Below are positions 1 through 18,880 of a stretch of DNA of 64,000 nt, one piece after another (the first letter of the stretch is position 1; each line of letters begins with the position of its first letter). The notes beneath the pieces were generated by a model. It searched no databases. It was not told where the DNA came from and saw only the letters and a list, made by a program, of their open reading frames with translations. The DNA is from the human T2T-CHM13v2.0 reference genome, Homo sapiens: NCBI RefSeq assembly GCF_009914755.1, contig NC_060928.1. One strand, given 5' to 3'. The position numbers were made by a program, and so were the translations under genes.

Positions 1-210
1 GACCAGCCTGACCAACATGGAGAAACCCCATCTTTACTAAAGATAAAAAATTTAGCCAGGCGTGGTGGCGGGCACCTGTAATCCCAGCTACTCGGGAGGC
101 TGAGGGAGGAGAATTGCTTGAACCGGGAGGCGGAGGTTGCGGTGGGCTGAGATTGCGCCACTGCACTCCAGCCTGGGCGACAGAGCGAGACTCCATCTCA
201 AAAAAAAAAA
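1..210 (+). mobile_element. Alu (cut by window edge)
   Basis: Alu right arm and A tail. Confidence 0.95.
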
Positions 211-867
<657 letters not shown>

Positions 868-1599
868 AAAAAGTTAGAAAGAAGTGTAAAAATTAGCATG
901 TACCAAATAAAACCAAAGAAGGATCACAGATTTGAAATCATGGTTATCATCTTATAAAAATGTTACACTTTGTATTCTTGGTTCCTGTAAGACAAGGAAA
1001 TGGTAGTACTCCTCTCATCTCAACCTGGTCCTTCAGTTTTGCTAAGTTCTTTCTTTGGTCATAACTTATTCACCTTTCTATGTTATTGAGTCTTTTTAAG
1101 TCAAATTCTCCTTGCATTTGACTGATTCCTTAGGTTCTTTTATAGATACAATTATAAAAATATTATGAAAAGATAGGTAAGATATATAGATGGAAATGCA
1201 AGATAGATTGTTCTTTTAATGAAGTCTCTTTGACTAATAGAAACTAACTTTAGCTTGCCTGAGCAAAAGTAAAATTTATTTTAAGGCTATGCTATAGGAA
1301 TGTCTCAAGGAGCTCAAAGCAAAAATGCAGCTAACTTGAGGAAAAGATGGAATTCGAAATCCATCAGGACTCTCTCTCTGCTTCATTTATGCTTTTGTCT
1401 ATATTTTTGGCTTATTACTCTCTCTTTGCGAATAACCATCTGTGCTTTTCAGGTTTTAATATAGTCTGTGTGTCCATTCCAGTTTCCTGTTTCCAAGTTA
1501 TGGTCTTGGTCATCTATACAAACTAATCTGTCTCTTTATGGTGGCCTTGATCACTTGTGTTCAGGGGTGTGTGGTTACATGGAATAAAATATGGTTGCA

Positions 1600-1951
<352 letters not shown>

Positions 1952-2863
1952 TTATTGTCAGCTGGGCAGGTGTCTTGTCTCTTCTTTCTGTTGCTATTTG
2001 CAAGTCTTGCTGAAATATTTCTGAGTCTAGTACAAAAACAATATAAAAATTCATTCAATTTTAATAACAGTCACTGGGAAAAAAGAATAAAAAGAGATGG
2101 CAAAAAGGGAAATTTTGGCAAGTTGTTTATTTACTTTCATATAGTGGGAGGGCAAGAGATACAGCACCATGAAGTAGAATTACATGTTAGAACATTTTAG
2201 TAGTACATAATGAAAGTTGAACATTTAAAGAATGTTTACTGAAATAAAATGACACAGGCATGAGTATTGATAGGTTTCTCTGACAAATTTTTAACACTGG
2301 ATTGTGGCATCAGGTTAAATAGTTGGCATTTTTATAAAATTGTATTTTAGTCTACTTGAAATCTATGAAATAGTAATACTAATACCTTATCATATGCTAC
2401 AAATATATATTATTGATAATAAAAATCCAGAAACCATTGAGGAAAAAGGGATTTAATGTAACAGGGACAATTTTAATAGGAAGGGTTGTAGGAGAGTAGA
2501 GTAGGAAATGAGAATAATGAGAAAGTGAAGAGAGATCTAGGTGTTCCAGAAGAAACCAGGAACGTTCCAGTTTGAATTTAGGAGTATAGGTGAAAACTGA
2601 AACAAATCATCACATTGTAGAACCACTTGGGGTATGAGAGCCTCTTTCTGGATCAAGTTTAAAGCATATCACATGCGCAAAAGAAAAATTAAATAGCAGT
2701 GTCATGAAATACATGACTTCAGCACCAGATATGTGATAGTTCCATTGGATTTGTAAGGACTTATTCTGTCTTACTGCTTATGTTCTTTTCTTTTGGGTTA
2801 TATCAAATCAGGTTAAAAAGATGAACACATTCAATTGATTTTATGCTTTTTTTGTTTTTCCAG

Positions 2864-2950
2864 AAATCCTGCAGGACGGACTGGACTGGTGGGCCGGGGG
2901 CTTTTGGGGCGATGGGGCCCAAATCACGCTGCAGATCCCATTATAACCAG
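2864..2950 (+). CDS. NUDT9: NUDT9 coding exon ([29 protein letters not shown]); upstream exons lie left of the window
   Basis: ttttccag| acceptor and |gtaag donor; 87 nt, phase 2/2; peptide matches the NUDT9/TRPM2-NUDT9H motif and splices in frame to the next exon. Confidence 0.96.
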
Positions 2951-3086
2951 GTAAGAACCAATAAAAAGCATATCAGTAGCAAAGAGCTAAGTGATAGAAA
3001 AATTGCAGACTGTAGCTATGTTTGTGTATATATGTATACCTGTGTGTATATACATATGTATGTGTTTGTATATATATGTATGTATA

Positions 3087-4282
3087 CAGTCATGCATTGT
3101 TTAACAATGAGGACACGTTCTGAGAAATGCATTATTAGGTGATTTTGTTGTTGTGTGAACATCATAGAGTATATTTACATAAAACTAGATTGTGTAGGTG
3201 CAATTGTATAAGTAGTATACACCTATGCCATATGCTATAGCCTATTGCTCTTAGGCTACAAGCCTGTACAGCATGTTACTGTACTGAATACTATAGGCAA
3301 CTGTAACACAATTGTAAGTGTATGTATATCTAAACATAGGGAAAGTAGGTAAAAACACGATATAAAAGATAAAAAACCATACACCTGTTTTGGGCACTTA
3401 CCCTGAATGGAGCTTATAGGACTGGAAGTTGATCTGGGTGAGTCAGTGAGTGGTGAGTGAACATGAAAGCCTAAGACATTACTGTCCCCTATTGTAGAGT
3501 TTATAAACACTGCATACTTAGGCTACACCAAATTTATAAAAAATATTTTCATTTTGTTAATAATAAATTGACCTTAACTTACTGTAACTTCTTTATAAAC
3601 TTAAACATTTTTAAAACCTTTTTGGCTTTTTTATAGTAACAGCTTAAAACACATCATGCAACTGTACAAAAATAGTTTCTTTTGTTACCTCCTTATTCTG
3701 TGCACTTTTTTTAATTTAAAAAAAGTTGTTTCTTCTGTTTGTTTTTAAACTGTTTGTTAAAAACTAAGACACAAACACACACATTAGCCTATGGCTATAC
3801 AAGGTCAGGATCATCAATATCACTGTTTTCCACCTCCACATCTTGTCCCACTGGAAAGTTGTCAGGGGCAGTAATATGCATGGAGCTGTCATCTCCTATG
3901 ATAATAACGCCTTCCTCTTGAATATCTCCTGAATGACCTGCCTGAGGCTGTTTTACAGTTAACTTTTTTTATAAGTAGAAGGAATATACTCTAAAATAAT
4001 GATAAAAAGTACAGTATAGTAAATACATAAGCCAGTAACATAGTCACTTATTATCAAGTATTATATACTGTATGTGATTGTACTCTTATGACTGGCAGTG
4101 CAGTAGGTTTGTTTACGTCAGCATCACCACAAGCATGTGAGTAATGCATTGGGTGAGGATATTGACAATGGCTTATGACATCATTAGGTGATAGGAATGT
4201 TTCAGCTCCATTGTAATCTTATGGGACCACCGTTGCATATGTGGTCTGTTATTGACCAAAACATCATTATGTGGCACGACTA
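3087..4282 (+). mobile_element. Tigger3b-like (Golem) DNA transposon
   Basis: Begins ta|CAGTCATGCATTGTTTAAC...GTTCTGAGAAATGC and ends ...CATTATGTGGCACGACT; about 1.2 kb; TA flanks. Confidence 0.85.
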
Positions 4283-6968
4283 TACACACACACACATGCC
4301 TGCACATGTATATTACATAAATATGCATGCAGATGTATATATAATTGATATTTTAAAGAGACTTTATATAAAATCATAGTGATGCGATGTAAGTATAAAG
4401 CTGTACTTATATGAGTAGGTTAGGCATTATATAAAGAAGGTAAATTCTATTTATGCATCTATTTATTGAACATCTATTTGTTCTCAGCATTGAGTAGGCA
4501 CTTTGGTAAATATAAAAAATTCTAAGAATCCTAAGCTGGTTCTCTGTCACTGAAGAGCAATGGCTTTAGTTGCAAGATGGAAAATGTGAAGTAAGAAAAC
4601 ATGTTAAATGTGATCAAATAATATGGGTGATTCAGGATGCTTTAGAAGATTAGAAGATTGGATGTGGGTCATGACTGTGGTAAACTAGTGCACCCAAGAA
4701 AGGCTTTATAAAGCAGGTAGATTTGAGCTGAACTTGAACCTTGGGTAGGGAGACAGCAGGAAGCCTAAGAAAAGGGTTTGTAGTAATATCTGAGTAGAGA
4801 CCAGCTTGGTTGAAACAGAATATTCTTGTAGAAGAGTAGTGGGCGAAAAATGAAACTTAAAGTTAATTTTTGTGCAGTTTTATTGTGGAGAATTTTAAAT
4901 GCCAAAGTTAGGAGTATGGACTGGAGCCATTGAAGGTTTCAGAACGGGGGAGAGGCATTCTCTTCTGAGGCAGACCTATGTGGTAAGCCAAATCATATTC
5001 AAGTCTCTTGATGAGCATGAATCAGAATTAAGAAGGTCAGTGAATCTAATGTTTAGATATGCTTAGCTATCTCCACAGGAATCATCTTTCTAATGTACCT
5101 GAAATATTGTCATATTTGTCATCCTTTTAATTTTTATTTTTTTACTTTTAGAATTTCTTTGCTGACCATCTGTCTCCCCACGTGGAATTGTCATGTTCTT
5201 TCTTTAAATAATGCAAATATCCTCATATTGTTACTTTCTTAGTTTTGATATTTTGGGGGCTTTTCTTCAAGGAGACTCTGTTTTTCTTTGATCTGAGATA
5301 TAATAATAATTTGATAGTTTAACTCTTTATATATTTTTTTATTTTCAAGTTACTGGAAGAGGCACCCATACTCACCCGGTCTTATTTTCTTACTTGCCCT
5401 CTTGATTCTCCTGCCAAAAAGGATCTTTACCCAACCCCAAATTTTATCTTCCCTCCATCCATCCATCCACTTACTCACCCATTCACCTACCTACTTACTT
5501 AACTACTGATCAGCCTACCTCTCCATCCACATACTGTTAGAACCTCTATGGTTTAAATGAGATGGAAAGAGTTAATAAAAAAAATATTAATGGCAGTGTT
5601 AGTTTCTGATTTTGGTGAAGCTGGCTAAAAACAGGAAGGTATGAAATGTTTGAAACAGGAATGTAATGCTAGTAAGGGGACAAGAGCAGAAAAGGGAAGC
5701 CAGAGTTTTGAAAGTTAGAATCTAGTTAGCTTATCTTTATCTATGGTGGACCCAATAGTGGCTGGGAGTATACATGGTGATTGTGTATCAAGTTGTTTTG
5801 AAATGGTAGACTTTTTTAGCTTAACTTTGTCATACAGATAAGAGAACTGAAGGCTTAGAGATGGTCCGAGGCTATAAGAGAGCCCACAGGTGGCAGAGTC
5901 TGGCTTTCAACTGTACTCTTAAGTTGATGTTCTTTGTTATCTCAATAATGCATTAATTAATAATTAATAGTAATGCATTAATTAATAAATTGATGAGTTC
6001 CTCTAAATAGATGAGAGGCAGCAGAAATGGAACAGAGAAGAATGAAAGATGTTGAAGGAAGATTCAAGCCTTAGATGAATTGTTAAAAGTATTCTACTTT
6101 TAGACTAGTCTATTCCAGGCATCCTGTCAGTGCTATCATTAGTTTTTCTATTTGTTTTTCACAGAAGCCCCTCCAAGTAGGTATTGATATATCTATTTTG
6201 AGGATTTGAAAATAGAGACTCACTGGGGTTAAGTTACTTGCCTAAATGTTGTAGATCTGACATCTGAATCAGGGGTAAGTGGCTTTAAATACTGTACTTT
6301 TTCTGTTACACCACTAGTGAGTCTTTACTATACTGTACTTTTTATCATTGTTTTAGAGTATATTCATTCTACTGGAGAATCACCCAGGCACTTTCAGAGC
6401 CAAGATTTCACCCCCCTTTCTTTCAAGTATGCACTTCATGATTCAAAACAGCGTTGTTCAGGATTTCATAAACTTTTTCAGAAGCTCCGGGGCAGGTGTT
6501 AAATTTTCGGATTCCCAGGCATCTCTCCTAGAGATTGTCCAGGTACAATTATCAAAAGTTTCTTCAGATCCTCTAGAGTCAAAATGAGTTGGGAAGTGTT
6601 AATATATTATTGTGAATAAATTCAGGTCAAACAATTGATGACAATTTCATTTTCTGTTCACTTTTGGTTAAAGACAGGAAGGTACATACTGTTAGAACTG
6701 GGGAGGGAATAGCAATAGGGCATAGAAATATTACTGATATTCAGTAAATGTTTATTAGGTTCGTCAATTAAAATGATGTATTAGTTCTGTTAGATCAAGA
6801 AATTTTGTTTTAAAATTGGTGATAATGTATTTAATACTAATAAATAATATAGCAAGAAGCTACTCTGCTTAAAATCCATACATTTGTCCTTCAGAATAAA
6901 ATCTGAGAACATATGCAAGCTGCTGATCATCTCTCTGATCCTGCCTTCTCCCCAGTAGCATCTCTCTC

Positions 6969-7570
6969 TTTTTTTTTTTTTTTGAGATGGGTCTTGCTAT
7001 GTTACCCTGGCTGGTCTTGAACTCCTGAGCTCAAGCAGTCCTCCCACCTCGGCTTCCCAAAGTGCTAAGATTACAGGCAGGAGCCACCACACTACACCTG
7101 GCCAGTGGCCAGCATCTCTCTCTATTCTGTTTCTCATCCTTGTTTCATAGTCACAACTGGCTGGCTGAAGAGCAGTAGCTGTATTGAGTCTTTGTTTTCC
7201 CAGCTCCTTGCATGTGATGTGTAGTAGGTGCCAGTAAATGTTTATGAGTGAACATAGCCACCATTTGCCTTCTTATCTTTCCTTTTTTTTTTTTTTTTTT
7301 TTTTAAGACAGATTCTAGCTCTGTCGCCCAGGCTGGAGTGTAGTGGTGCTATCTTGGCTCACTGCAACCTCCAAGTGATTCTCCTGCTTCAGCCTCCCAA
7401 GTAGCTGGGACTATAGGTGCACACCACCCCGCCCAGCTAATTTTTTGTATTTAGTAGAGACAGGGTTTCACCATGTTGGCCAGGATGGTCTTGATCTCTT
7501 GACTTCGTGATCTGCCTGCCTCGGCCTCTCAAAGTGCTGGGATTACAGGCGTGGGCCACTGCTCCTGGCC
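6969..7570 (-). mobile_element. FLAM/Alu monomer (6969-7102) and Alu (7283-7570)
   Basis: T tails followed by antisense Alu consensus. Confidence 0.9.
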
Positions 7571-7624
7571 GTCTTTCCTCTTATCTAATTAGTGTAAACA
7601 TTCTGCTTGTTCAGTTTAAGTAGA

Positions 7625-7870
7625 TAGTATAGTAATTAAGAACACAGATTCTGGAACCAGATTGTCCAGGTTCAAAGTTGTGTTTACGCCCTTGTTAACA
7701 CTGTAGTCTTGGGGAAGTTACCTAACTTTTCTGTGCCTCATTTTCCATATCTGTAAAATAAAGATAATAAAACAACTATGTTATAGGGTTGTTTTGAGGC
7801 TTAAATGGATAAATACATTAAAGCACTTAGAACAGTGTTTTATATATATATAATAAATGCTATCTAAATG
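7625..7870 (+). mobile_element. MIR SINE
   Basis: gggaagttacctaac...tgtgcctcattttcc...atctgtaaaat...aaagcacttagaacagtg. Confidence 0.75.
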
Positions 7871-8794
7871 GCTTTTAGAAAATAAAAATAAAATCCATAC
7901 TGTCTTCTGTCCTGTCATCATCTTTTACCTGGATCATAGTAGTAGCCTCCCAGCTGATCTTCTTGAGTCCAGTCTTGCTTTCCTCCAGACCAACATACAT
8001 GCTTTTGTCAAAGTGAGTGAGCTTTCTAAAATACAAACTGGTTATGGTTTTACCCTGCTTAAAAACACTCTCTGGCTCTCTAAGTAAACGAATTAGATGA
8101 ATCTTGTCGTATAAGCCTGTTGCCCACTTTTCTGGTCTATCTTTTCCCTCACTGATGCCCATGGTGCTAGACCCCATATGAACATTCAGTTTCTTGAACA
8201 CATTATTTTATTTTATGACTTTGTTTCTTGCTTATGTATTCCCCTTTCTGGCATTTTAAAAACAGATGTGCCCTCTTGTACTAATTATTATTTCATTTCT
8301 GTTTAATATACTCATCAAACTATCACCCTTCTGCTAATTTAGAGCCACTGCTAGACTATGAGCTCTTTCATGGGAGGAACTAGATATGGTAGATATGGTA
8401 GTCAGCTACTATATAAGGAAATTTGGAAACTCATATGCATACTAATATTTTATTGGGTTTCATCCAGAGTAATACTTATATCATAGACCTTCTTTTTTGG
8501 TTTAGCATTGGAAGTTTTTTTTTTTTTTGTTTTGTTTTGTTTTGCCTGAGAGATCATTAGGACAATTCCTAAAATTGGGCTAGAGGTTGATATGGAGGTG
8601 AGGAAGGGGAAGGGGAGATTTATTAATATCAACATCTCTGGCAAAGAGAGTGTGGTTAGAAAAAGTGTATTCTGAAACTAACATTGCCTTGATACTTTCT
8701 ACAAAACCCATAAGCGATTCAATTTAAAATATAAAATAAAAGGATAGAGTTTTTTTTGTTTATCAAATCAGAGGGCATAAAGATTGAGAAGCAG

Positions 8795-9088
8795 GGCCGG
8801 GTGGCTTACACCTGTAATTGCAGCACTTTGGGATGCCGAGGTGGGAGGATGGCTTGAGGCCAGGAGTTCAAGACCAGCTGGGTAACATAGCAGGAGACCC
8901 CATTTGTAAAACAAAAAAAATTAGCTGGGCATGGTGGCCCACGCCTGTAGTCCTAGCTACACAGGAGGCTGAGACAGGAGGATTGCTTGAGCCCAGGAGT
9001 TTAAGGTTACAGTGAACTATGATTGCACCACTGTACTCTAGCCTTGGTGACAGAGCAAGACCCTGTCTTTTTAAAAAAAAAAAAAAAA
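8795..9088 (+). mobile_element. AluJ
   Basis: Full dimer; TSD aaagattgagaag. Confidence 0.93.
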
Positions 9089-9176
9089 AGATTGAGAAGT
9101 ACTGCTTTTGACACCAGCTAAACTGGGTCATATAATCTGCTTTTCTCTTAGCACAGGGTGAACTGTTAAAAGCAAA

Positions 9177-9801
<625 letters not shown>

Positions 9802-10178
9802 CAACTACCAGTAATTTTTAAAAGGGGATTCGTAAACTTATTTTTTAAAAAACTTTGATAACCTTTTCTTTAAATTCTATTCTGCTACTTCTTTTTTTGT
9901 TAATACTTTAAGTAGTAAAAATTGTTTATATCCTGAATTTTCATTACAGATAATGTAGTGTCTTTTATGTAATGTAGACATTTGTCCTGGTTTGTAACAG
10001 TGATGAATATAGAATATTTCCAGTAAAAATCAATAGTTTTAAATAAAACTAGCTGATTTGAGATAAATTTATATATACTCTGCTTTAAAGAAAAAGTCCT
10101 TGTAACTTTATCTCAAGTTTGAGATAGAACCTTAGTTTTTGTTGTAAATCCGTTATGATTTTATATTACTATTCACAG

Positions 10179-10290
10179 ATGGAAAAGGGATAGCAGTGGA
10201 AATAAAATCATGCATCCTGTTTCTGGGAAGCATATCTTACAATTTGTTGCAATAAAAAGGAAAGACTGTGGAGAATGGGCAATCCCAGGG
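10179..10290 (+). CDS. NUDT9: NUDT9 coding exon ([37 protein letters not shown])
   Basis: ttcacag| ... ggg|gtaag; 112 nt; overlaps ORF 10210-10437; ends at the start of the Nudix box. Confidence 0.97.
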
Positions 10291-10884
10291 GTAAGCATTA
10301 AAATTAAATTAGTGTTTAAGTTCCTTTTAGTTGCTTTACTTACTACAGGGTTATTGTTTGTGAATCTTTTCTATTCCATTTTCCTCTATTCCTTCCCACT
10401 TCATTTAGTAATTCTTATGTTTTTCATCCCTGCATGAAGTGTCATTGTCAGCAACAAGTTTAGGATAATCCAAGACTGTTAGAATCTGCGTGTAATTCTG
10501 ACACCTTTGGGAAATAACGTGGGCTTTGAAGTTAGATGTAGGTCTGTGTTCTGGCCGTTCTACTTGCAGCTGGGTGATTGGGAGTTCAGGCCCTCATCTT
10601 TAAAATAAAGAGATCTACTTCACAGGATTATTAGAGATCACATTTAATAGGCATTCATTATGTTGGGTCCCATTTCAGAATTTAACCTCCACTCCAAGCC
10701 CAAGGTAGTATTTTTAAGCACTTTTTGGTTGAATTCTGATAACTTTTGACAATATTTAAAAAATTAGCTTTTGTTATTTACTGTTCTGTGTAGTTTAAAT
10801 AATTTCTATAATGTTATCAAGATGAGTATACTTTTGTTGGCTTGTAGTTTGAATTTATGGCAGTGGTATATTTGAAGTGGCCAT

Positions 10885-11710
10885 TTATTTTTTATTTTTT
10901 ATTTATTTATTTATTTTGAGACAGAGTCTCACTCTGTTGCCCAGGCTGGAGTGCATTGGCGCAATCTTGGCTCATTGCAACCTTTGCCTCCTGGGTTCAT
11001 GCAATTCTTGTGCCTCAGTCTCCCAACGTAGCTGGGATTACAAGTGTGTGCCGCTATGCCTGGCTAATTTTTGTCATTTTAGTAGAGACAGGTTTCACTG
11101 CGTTGGCCAGGCTGGTCTCGAACTCCTGGCCTCAAGCAATCTGCCTGCCCCGGGGCCTCCCAAAGTGCTGGGATTACAGGTGTGAGCCACCACACCTGGC
11201 CTGAAGTGGCCGTTTAAAATGTTTATGTGTGTGGTAGAGGGTTTTATATTTTATACCATATTGTGAAATGGAGATAGTTTGATATGAGGATGACTCTTTA
11301 TAAAAACATACAGTTGTCTGCAAGAATGTTTTTTTCTGTGTAGAATAAAAATGAGTGGAAATAAGGATCTCAGCCAACTCTGATAAAAGTTTAGGCTAAT
11401 TTCTTTTTCTTTTTCTTTTTTTTTTTTTTTTTTTGAGACGGAGTCTCACTCTGTTGCCCGGCTGGAGTGCAATGGCATGATCTCAGCTTACTGCAGCCTC
11501 CACCTCCTGGGTTCAAGCAATTCCCTGCCTCAGCCTCCCGAGTAGCTGGGATTATAGGCGACCACCACCACACCTAGCTAATTTTTGTATTTTTAGTAGA
11601 GACAGGGTTTCACCATCTTGGCCAGGCTGGTCTTGAACTCCTGACCTCGTGATCCACCCACCCTGACCTCCCAAAGTGCTGGGATTACAGGCATGAGCCA
11701 CCGTGCTTGG
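10885..11710 (-). mobile_element. Two antisense Alus (10885-11201, 11399-11710)
   Basis: TSDs tgaagtggcc and tttaggctaattt. Confidence 0.93.
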
Positions 11711-12624
11711 TGAACTTTAGGCTAATTTCTATGAGCCAAATAGTCAAACTTCACTTAGGTTGAAAGCAATAACGTAATAATGATTTCATCATAGAATCTT
11801 GCATTTTTATTGTTATTTAAAATTCTTATCAGGAAACTGCTGTCATTGTTATCATTTTGACAGTTATTCATCTAATCAGTGTATTTTTAGTATCTTCCTT
11901 TTGTCAGCTAATATTTTAGACACTGAGAATACAACAGAGCAACATGAACAAATAACCTCTGTCTTTTGGTGCTCCCATTCCAGTTGGAGAGACAGATAAT
12001 ATAAGATACATAAGTTAAATATATCGCATGTTAGAAGGCAGTAAGTATTAAGAAACAAAAGCAAGGTAGAGGACTAGGAAGTGTTTGAGAGTTTGCGATT
12101 TTAGACAGGGCAGTTAAGAGAAGACCTCCCTGAGGAGGTGCATGTTAGGTAACTATCTGAAGGAAATGAATTAGTGAACCATGCAGATATCTAGAGAAAA
12201 GCATCTTGGATAGAGATAATAGCAGGTACAAAGGCTCTCAGCGGGCAGCATGTTAGGCAGGTCCTGGGAACATTGAGGAGGTCAGTGTGGCTGGAATGGA
12301 ATGAACAATGGGGGAAGAATCAATGTGCTGTGTTATTTCTAACCTCCAGTCCTTTTTCCTTAGTTCGAGTTTGGCAAGTACCAGGAAATTGGTTTGATTG
12401 CCATAGGCTAACCTTGGACCAATCACTGTGGCCAAATACATGAGGTATCCTTATTGGCTCCTTCTACTAGCAACAGATGGTTTAGAGAACAGTGTATCAC
12501 AGAGAAATGGGGATCACTATTATAGGCAGATTGAATAATAAATGTTCACTCTACTACTCAATAAATATTTGTTGAACAAATCAAAGCTGATCCCTTTTTT
12601 CAAAATTTTTAATGTGACTCTTAG

Positions 12625-12771
12625 GGGATGGTGGATCCAGGAGAGAAGATTAGTGCCACACTGAAAAGAGAATTTGGTGAGGAAGCTCTCAACTCCTTAC
12701 AGAAAACCAGTGCTGAGAAGAGAGAAATAGAGGAAAAGTTGCACAAACTCTTCAGCCAAGACCACCTAGTG
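12625..12771 (+). CDS. NUDT9: NUDT9 coding exon with the Nudix box ([24 protein letters not shown]...QDHLV)
   Basis: ctcttag| ... gtg|gtaag; 147 nt, phase 0/0; GX5EX7REUXEE Nudix signature. Confidence 0.97.
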
Positions 12772-12984
12772 GTAAGAAATAGTGTTTCTGGGAGGGATTT
12801 AGTTCTGTGGATTGATGAAAATGACTTAAAAGTTGACCTGGAAATCTGTATGTCCTTCTCTAAATAAAGTGGAATACTTGTATATTTAAAATATATTCAC
12901 AAAAACAAATTACAGATCTTCACTGTAAATAGGTTTCTATTTAAAGTTTTATAGCCCAACTTTAGGCTATATAGGCTAAAATGA

Positions 12985-15198
<2,214 letters not shown>

Positions 15199-15407
15199 TA
15201 TTTACATTTCTTTAAAAAAATTTTGATAGAAACACATAATGTCAAATTTACCATCTAAACTGTTGAAGGTACAGCTCAGTAGCATTAAGTATGTTCATGT
15301 TGTTGGGCAACAGGATATTTACATTTCTGATGCTAGTGAAGGTAACATGCTCTGCTGTACTCACTACACCTTGGACTTTTAAAAAATTTGTCTTCTTTTG
15401 AAAATAG

Positions 15408-15492
15408 ATATATAAGGGATATGTTGATGATCCTCGAAACACTGATAATGCATGGATGGAGACAGAAGCTGTGAACTACCATGACGAAACAG
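15408..15492 (+). CDS. NUDT9: NUDT9 coding exon ([28 protein letters not shown])
   Basis: aaatag| ... cag|gtaac; 85 nt; conserved [12 protein letters not shown] motif; not in the ORF track. Confidence 0.96.
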
Positions 15493-16624
15493 GTAACTTT
15501 ATATTTATTAAACTGGCTGGGATTAAAGGATCAATTTAAGCCATTAGCCCACTAAGGCATGATTAAATCTGGACTATTTAGCATCTTAAACCAATTAACT
15601 GTTGATTGTAGGACTGTAGTTATATGAAAGCAAAATTGTTGGTATTAAAGGAATACATAGAAGAAATCTTCAAAACTTTTATCACCAGTGACTAAATTTT
15701 CTTTAATCCATTGGTAACATTTGAAATTAAGGATGAAATTATGGGCTAAAATGATATGCTTTAAAGATGTCAGATTATTTATTGAGTATAGTTCCCTTTT
15801 TTTGCAAAACAAAAGCAACTGGGATTTGGGTAGGAAGTATGGCAATGATAAAGGAAATGGGATTTATATCTTACTATTTCAAATATTTTTATAATAATCT
15901 TGGATTGTTAATACACAAAGCAATAACAAAAAATTCCAAGTACTGAAAAAATTTTAAATGAATGCTGTTTCTGGTGTATGGAATTTAAAATTTTATGAGG
16001 AGGGTCAAACCTGTTATTACAGAAGGAGAAAGGAAAAATCTGCTGTCTTAAAAATTAATTTGGTCTTAATGTACACATTGAATGGCTCCCTTGAAACATA
16101 TTTTATTGCTAAATTTGATTTGTTTTTATTTGTAGCATAAAAGTGGGGGCACCATGCTAGAGAAATGAAATGAATGTTCCACTCATAGTTCTTTCTGAGC
16201 TGTGTAACCTTGTACAAATCATTTGTCCTCTTGGACTCAGTTTTTTCACTTACAAAATGGGCTAGAACTAGATCTGTCATTTCCATATCCTGTGCTTTTG
16301 CTTGTTGAACTTGGAGGAAACTCCTGGGACCATTTTCTATTCCTGTATTTCCACTAAGGTGTATTAGAAGAGTTTATCCTAGTATGAAAACTTAGAAGAA
16401 ATATGCAGATGTAAATTAGAAGCAGGTCTGTACAACTTTAGTACTGATAAATTTGTTAACTACTTTAAAGTTTTGGAGTTAAAAACAATGACTGATCCTC
16501 CAGAAGTTGATTATAGAGTTTATGGATTGTTCACTGTTTTTACCCTATCTTTTTCTCTCTTTAAACTTAAAAAATTTTGTTTTGATAATTCCAAAATCTC
16601 TGCCATATTTGAGTTCGGTTTTAA

Positions 16625-16999
<375 letters not shown>

Positions 17000-17793
17000 T
17001 AGTGCTTTTTTGAAAATTGACCATGATATAACTTGTAAGGGAACTAAGGCAAATAGTTCTTTAGCGTGAGGTTTTATGTTTATCTGGCTAGGAGTTAGGC
17101 TGTGTTTTTTGTTTGCTGTCATTGTATGTGTCAGAGGCTAAAATTTCCTCTAGTTTTGGGTTTCCCTGGAGACTTATTAAATGAGGTCTGAAGCATGCCC
17201 TTCTTTCACCTGTCTTCCCCTTTTATTAAACAGGAGTCCTATTGATAGATATGGTGGTAAATTCTAGAGGAAGGGGAATCATAGGAGAATATATGGTTAG
17301 ATGTCAGTCTTTTAGTGAGCCTGTGGCCCTGGGCTGTGACCCTTCATATGTTATTCTCAGCTTCCCTCCTTCCTCCCCAATCCTTAGGAAAGACAGGAAA
17401 TCCAGCGGGGGCTGGAGTTGGGTATTTCCTTTCCCTCAGGTTGCTTAGGGCTTGGTAAAATAGTTTTCCTTGAGGGCAGAGTGATCTGGGTGTATTTGAA
17501 ATTGGTTACCTTTCCCCTCTCCATGTTAGAAAGGAGAGAGGATTTTTCTCCAGTCTTCACCTGGTGGCTTTCTTGGAGGTAAAGCTCACTAAAATGTAGG
17601 CCCCCTCTTCATACTGGTATGGCTGACCCCCTAGGAGATTTTATCTTTCAAGCTAGTCCAAAGGTCAGCTTTCAGCAGTTAGTTACCCTTTAAGTGTTCC
17701 TACCAGGTGCTGACTCCAGCGGTAGGCTTCTCTCCCTGGTCAGTTGTGATTCTCTGTATTTGCCTGTCTCTCCAGTTTTTGGTATGGCAGTGT

Positions 17794-17991
17794 GGTCTCT
17801 ACTAAGAATACAAAAAAATTAGCTGGGCGTGGTGGCAGATGCCTGTAATCCCAGGTACTCGGGGGGCTGAGGCAGGAGAATCGCTTGTACTCAGGACGCG
17901 GAGGTTGCAGTGAGCCGTGATTGTGCCACTGCACTTCAGCCTGGTCAACAACAGCGAGACTCCATCTAAAAATAAATAAAATAAAATAAAA
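17794..17991 (+). mobile_element. 5'-truncated Alu
   Basis: Linker, right arm and (taaaa)n tail. Confidence 0.9.
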
Positions 17992-18235
17992 TATTTAAGT
18001 AATGTTGCCTTGAATACTTTAATAGGCTTGTCTCTATTTCATCAGAATAAATTCTTCAAAGAGGAATTACTGGATTGCTTATTGTATCTTCAGTGCCTAG
18101 TACAGTCTGGCACACAAGATGCACTCTGATATTTACAGAATGAGTGCTTGTCAAAGAAAACTTACTTTTTAAAAGCTCTTGATAAACATTGCCAAATTTC
18201 CTACAGAAATATTCCATTTATATTCCCAGCAGTGA

Positions 18236-18530
<295 letters not shown>

Positions 18531-18880
18531 TTGTTTATTTTTTTACATTTAAATCTCTCATCCCTCTTGGACTGATTTTGATGTAAGGTTTCATATTCAT
18601 ATAATATAATCTCGTTTTTAAGGATAATCTTTTTAGAGAAAACTCTTTGTGTTTATCTAAAATTTAGGGACTTGGTTAAAATTTGGACATTTTGGAATAC
18701 TCTGGTTTTTTTTCTTTTATTCATTCTGCTGACCAGGGATGGAATGGTCTAGTTTTTAATTCACTTGGCCGGCTAGTACAATGATGATATAAGATTATTT
18801 TAAATAAGAATACTTGACGACATAGATATGCTAAAACAGAAATGAGTTTTTCTTGGTGATGGTTTTTCTTTGGCAACCAG

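Noticed and set aside
18853-18880. N-terminal extension MVMVFLWQP on the NUDT9 last exon
   Set aside because: This is the intron's polypyrimidine tract and acceptor; no promoter evidence
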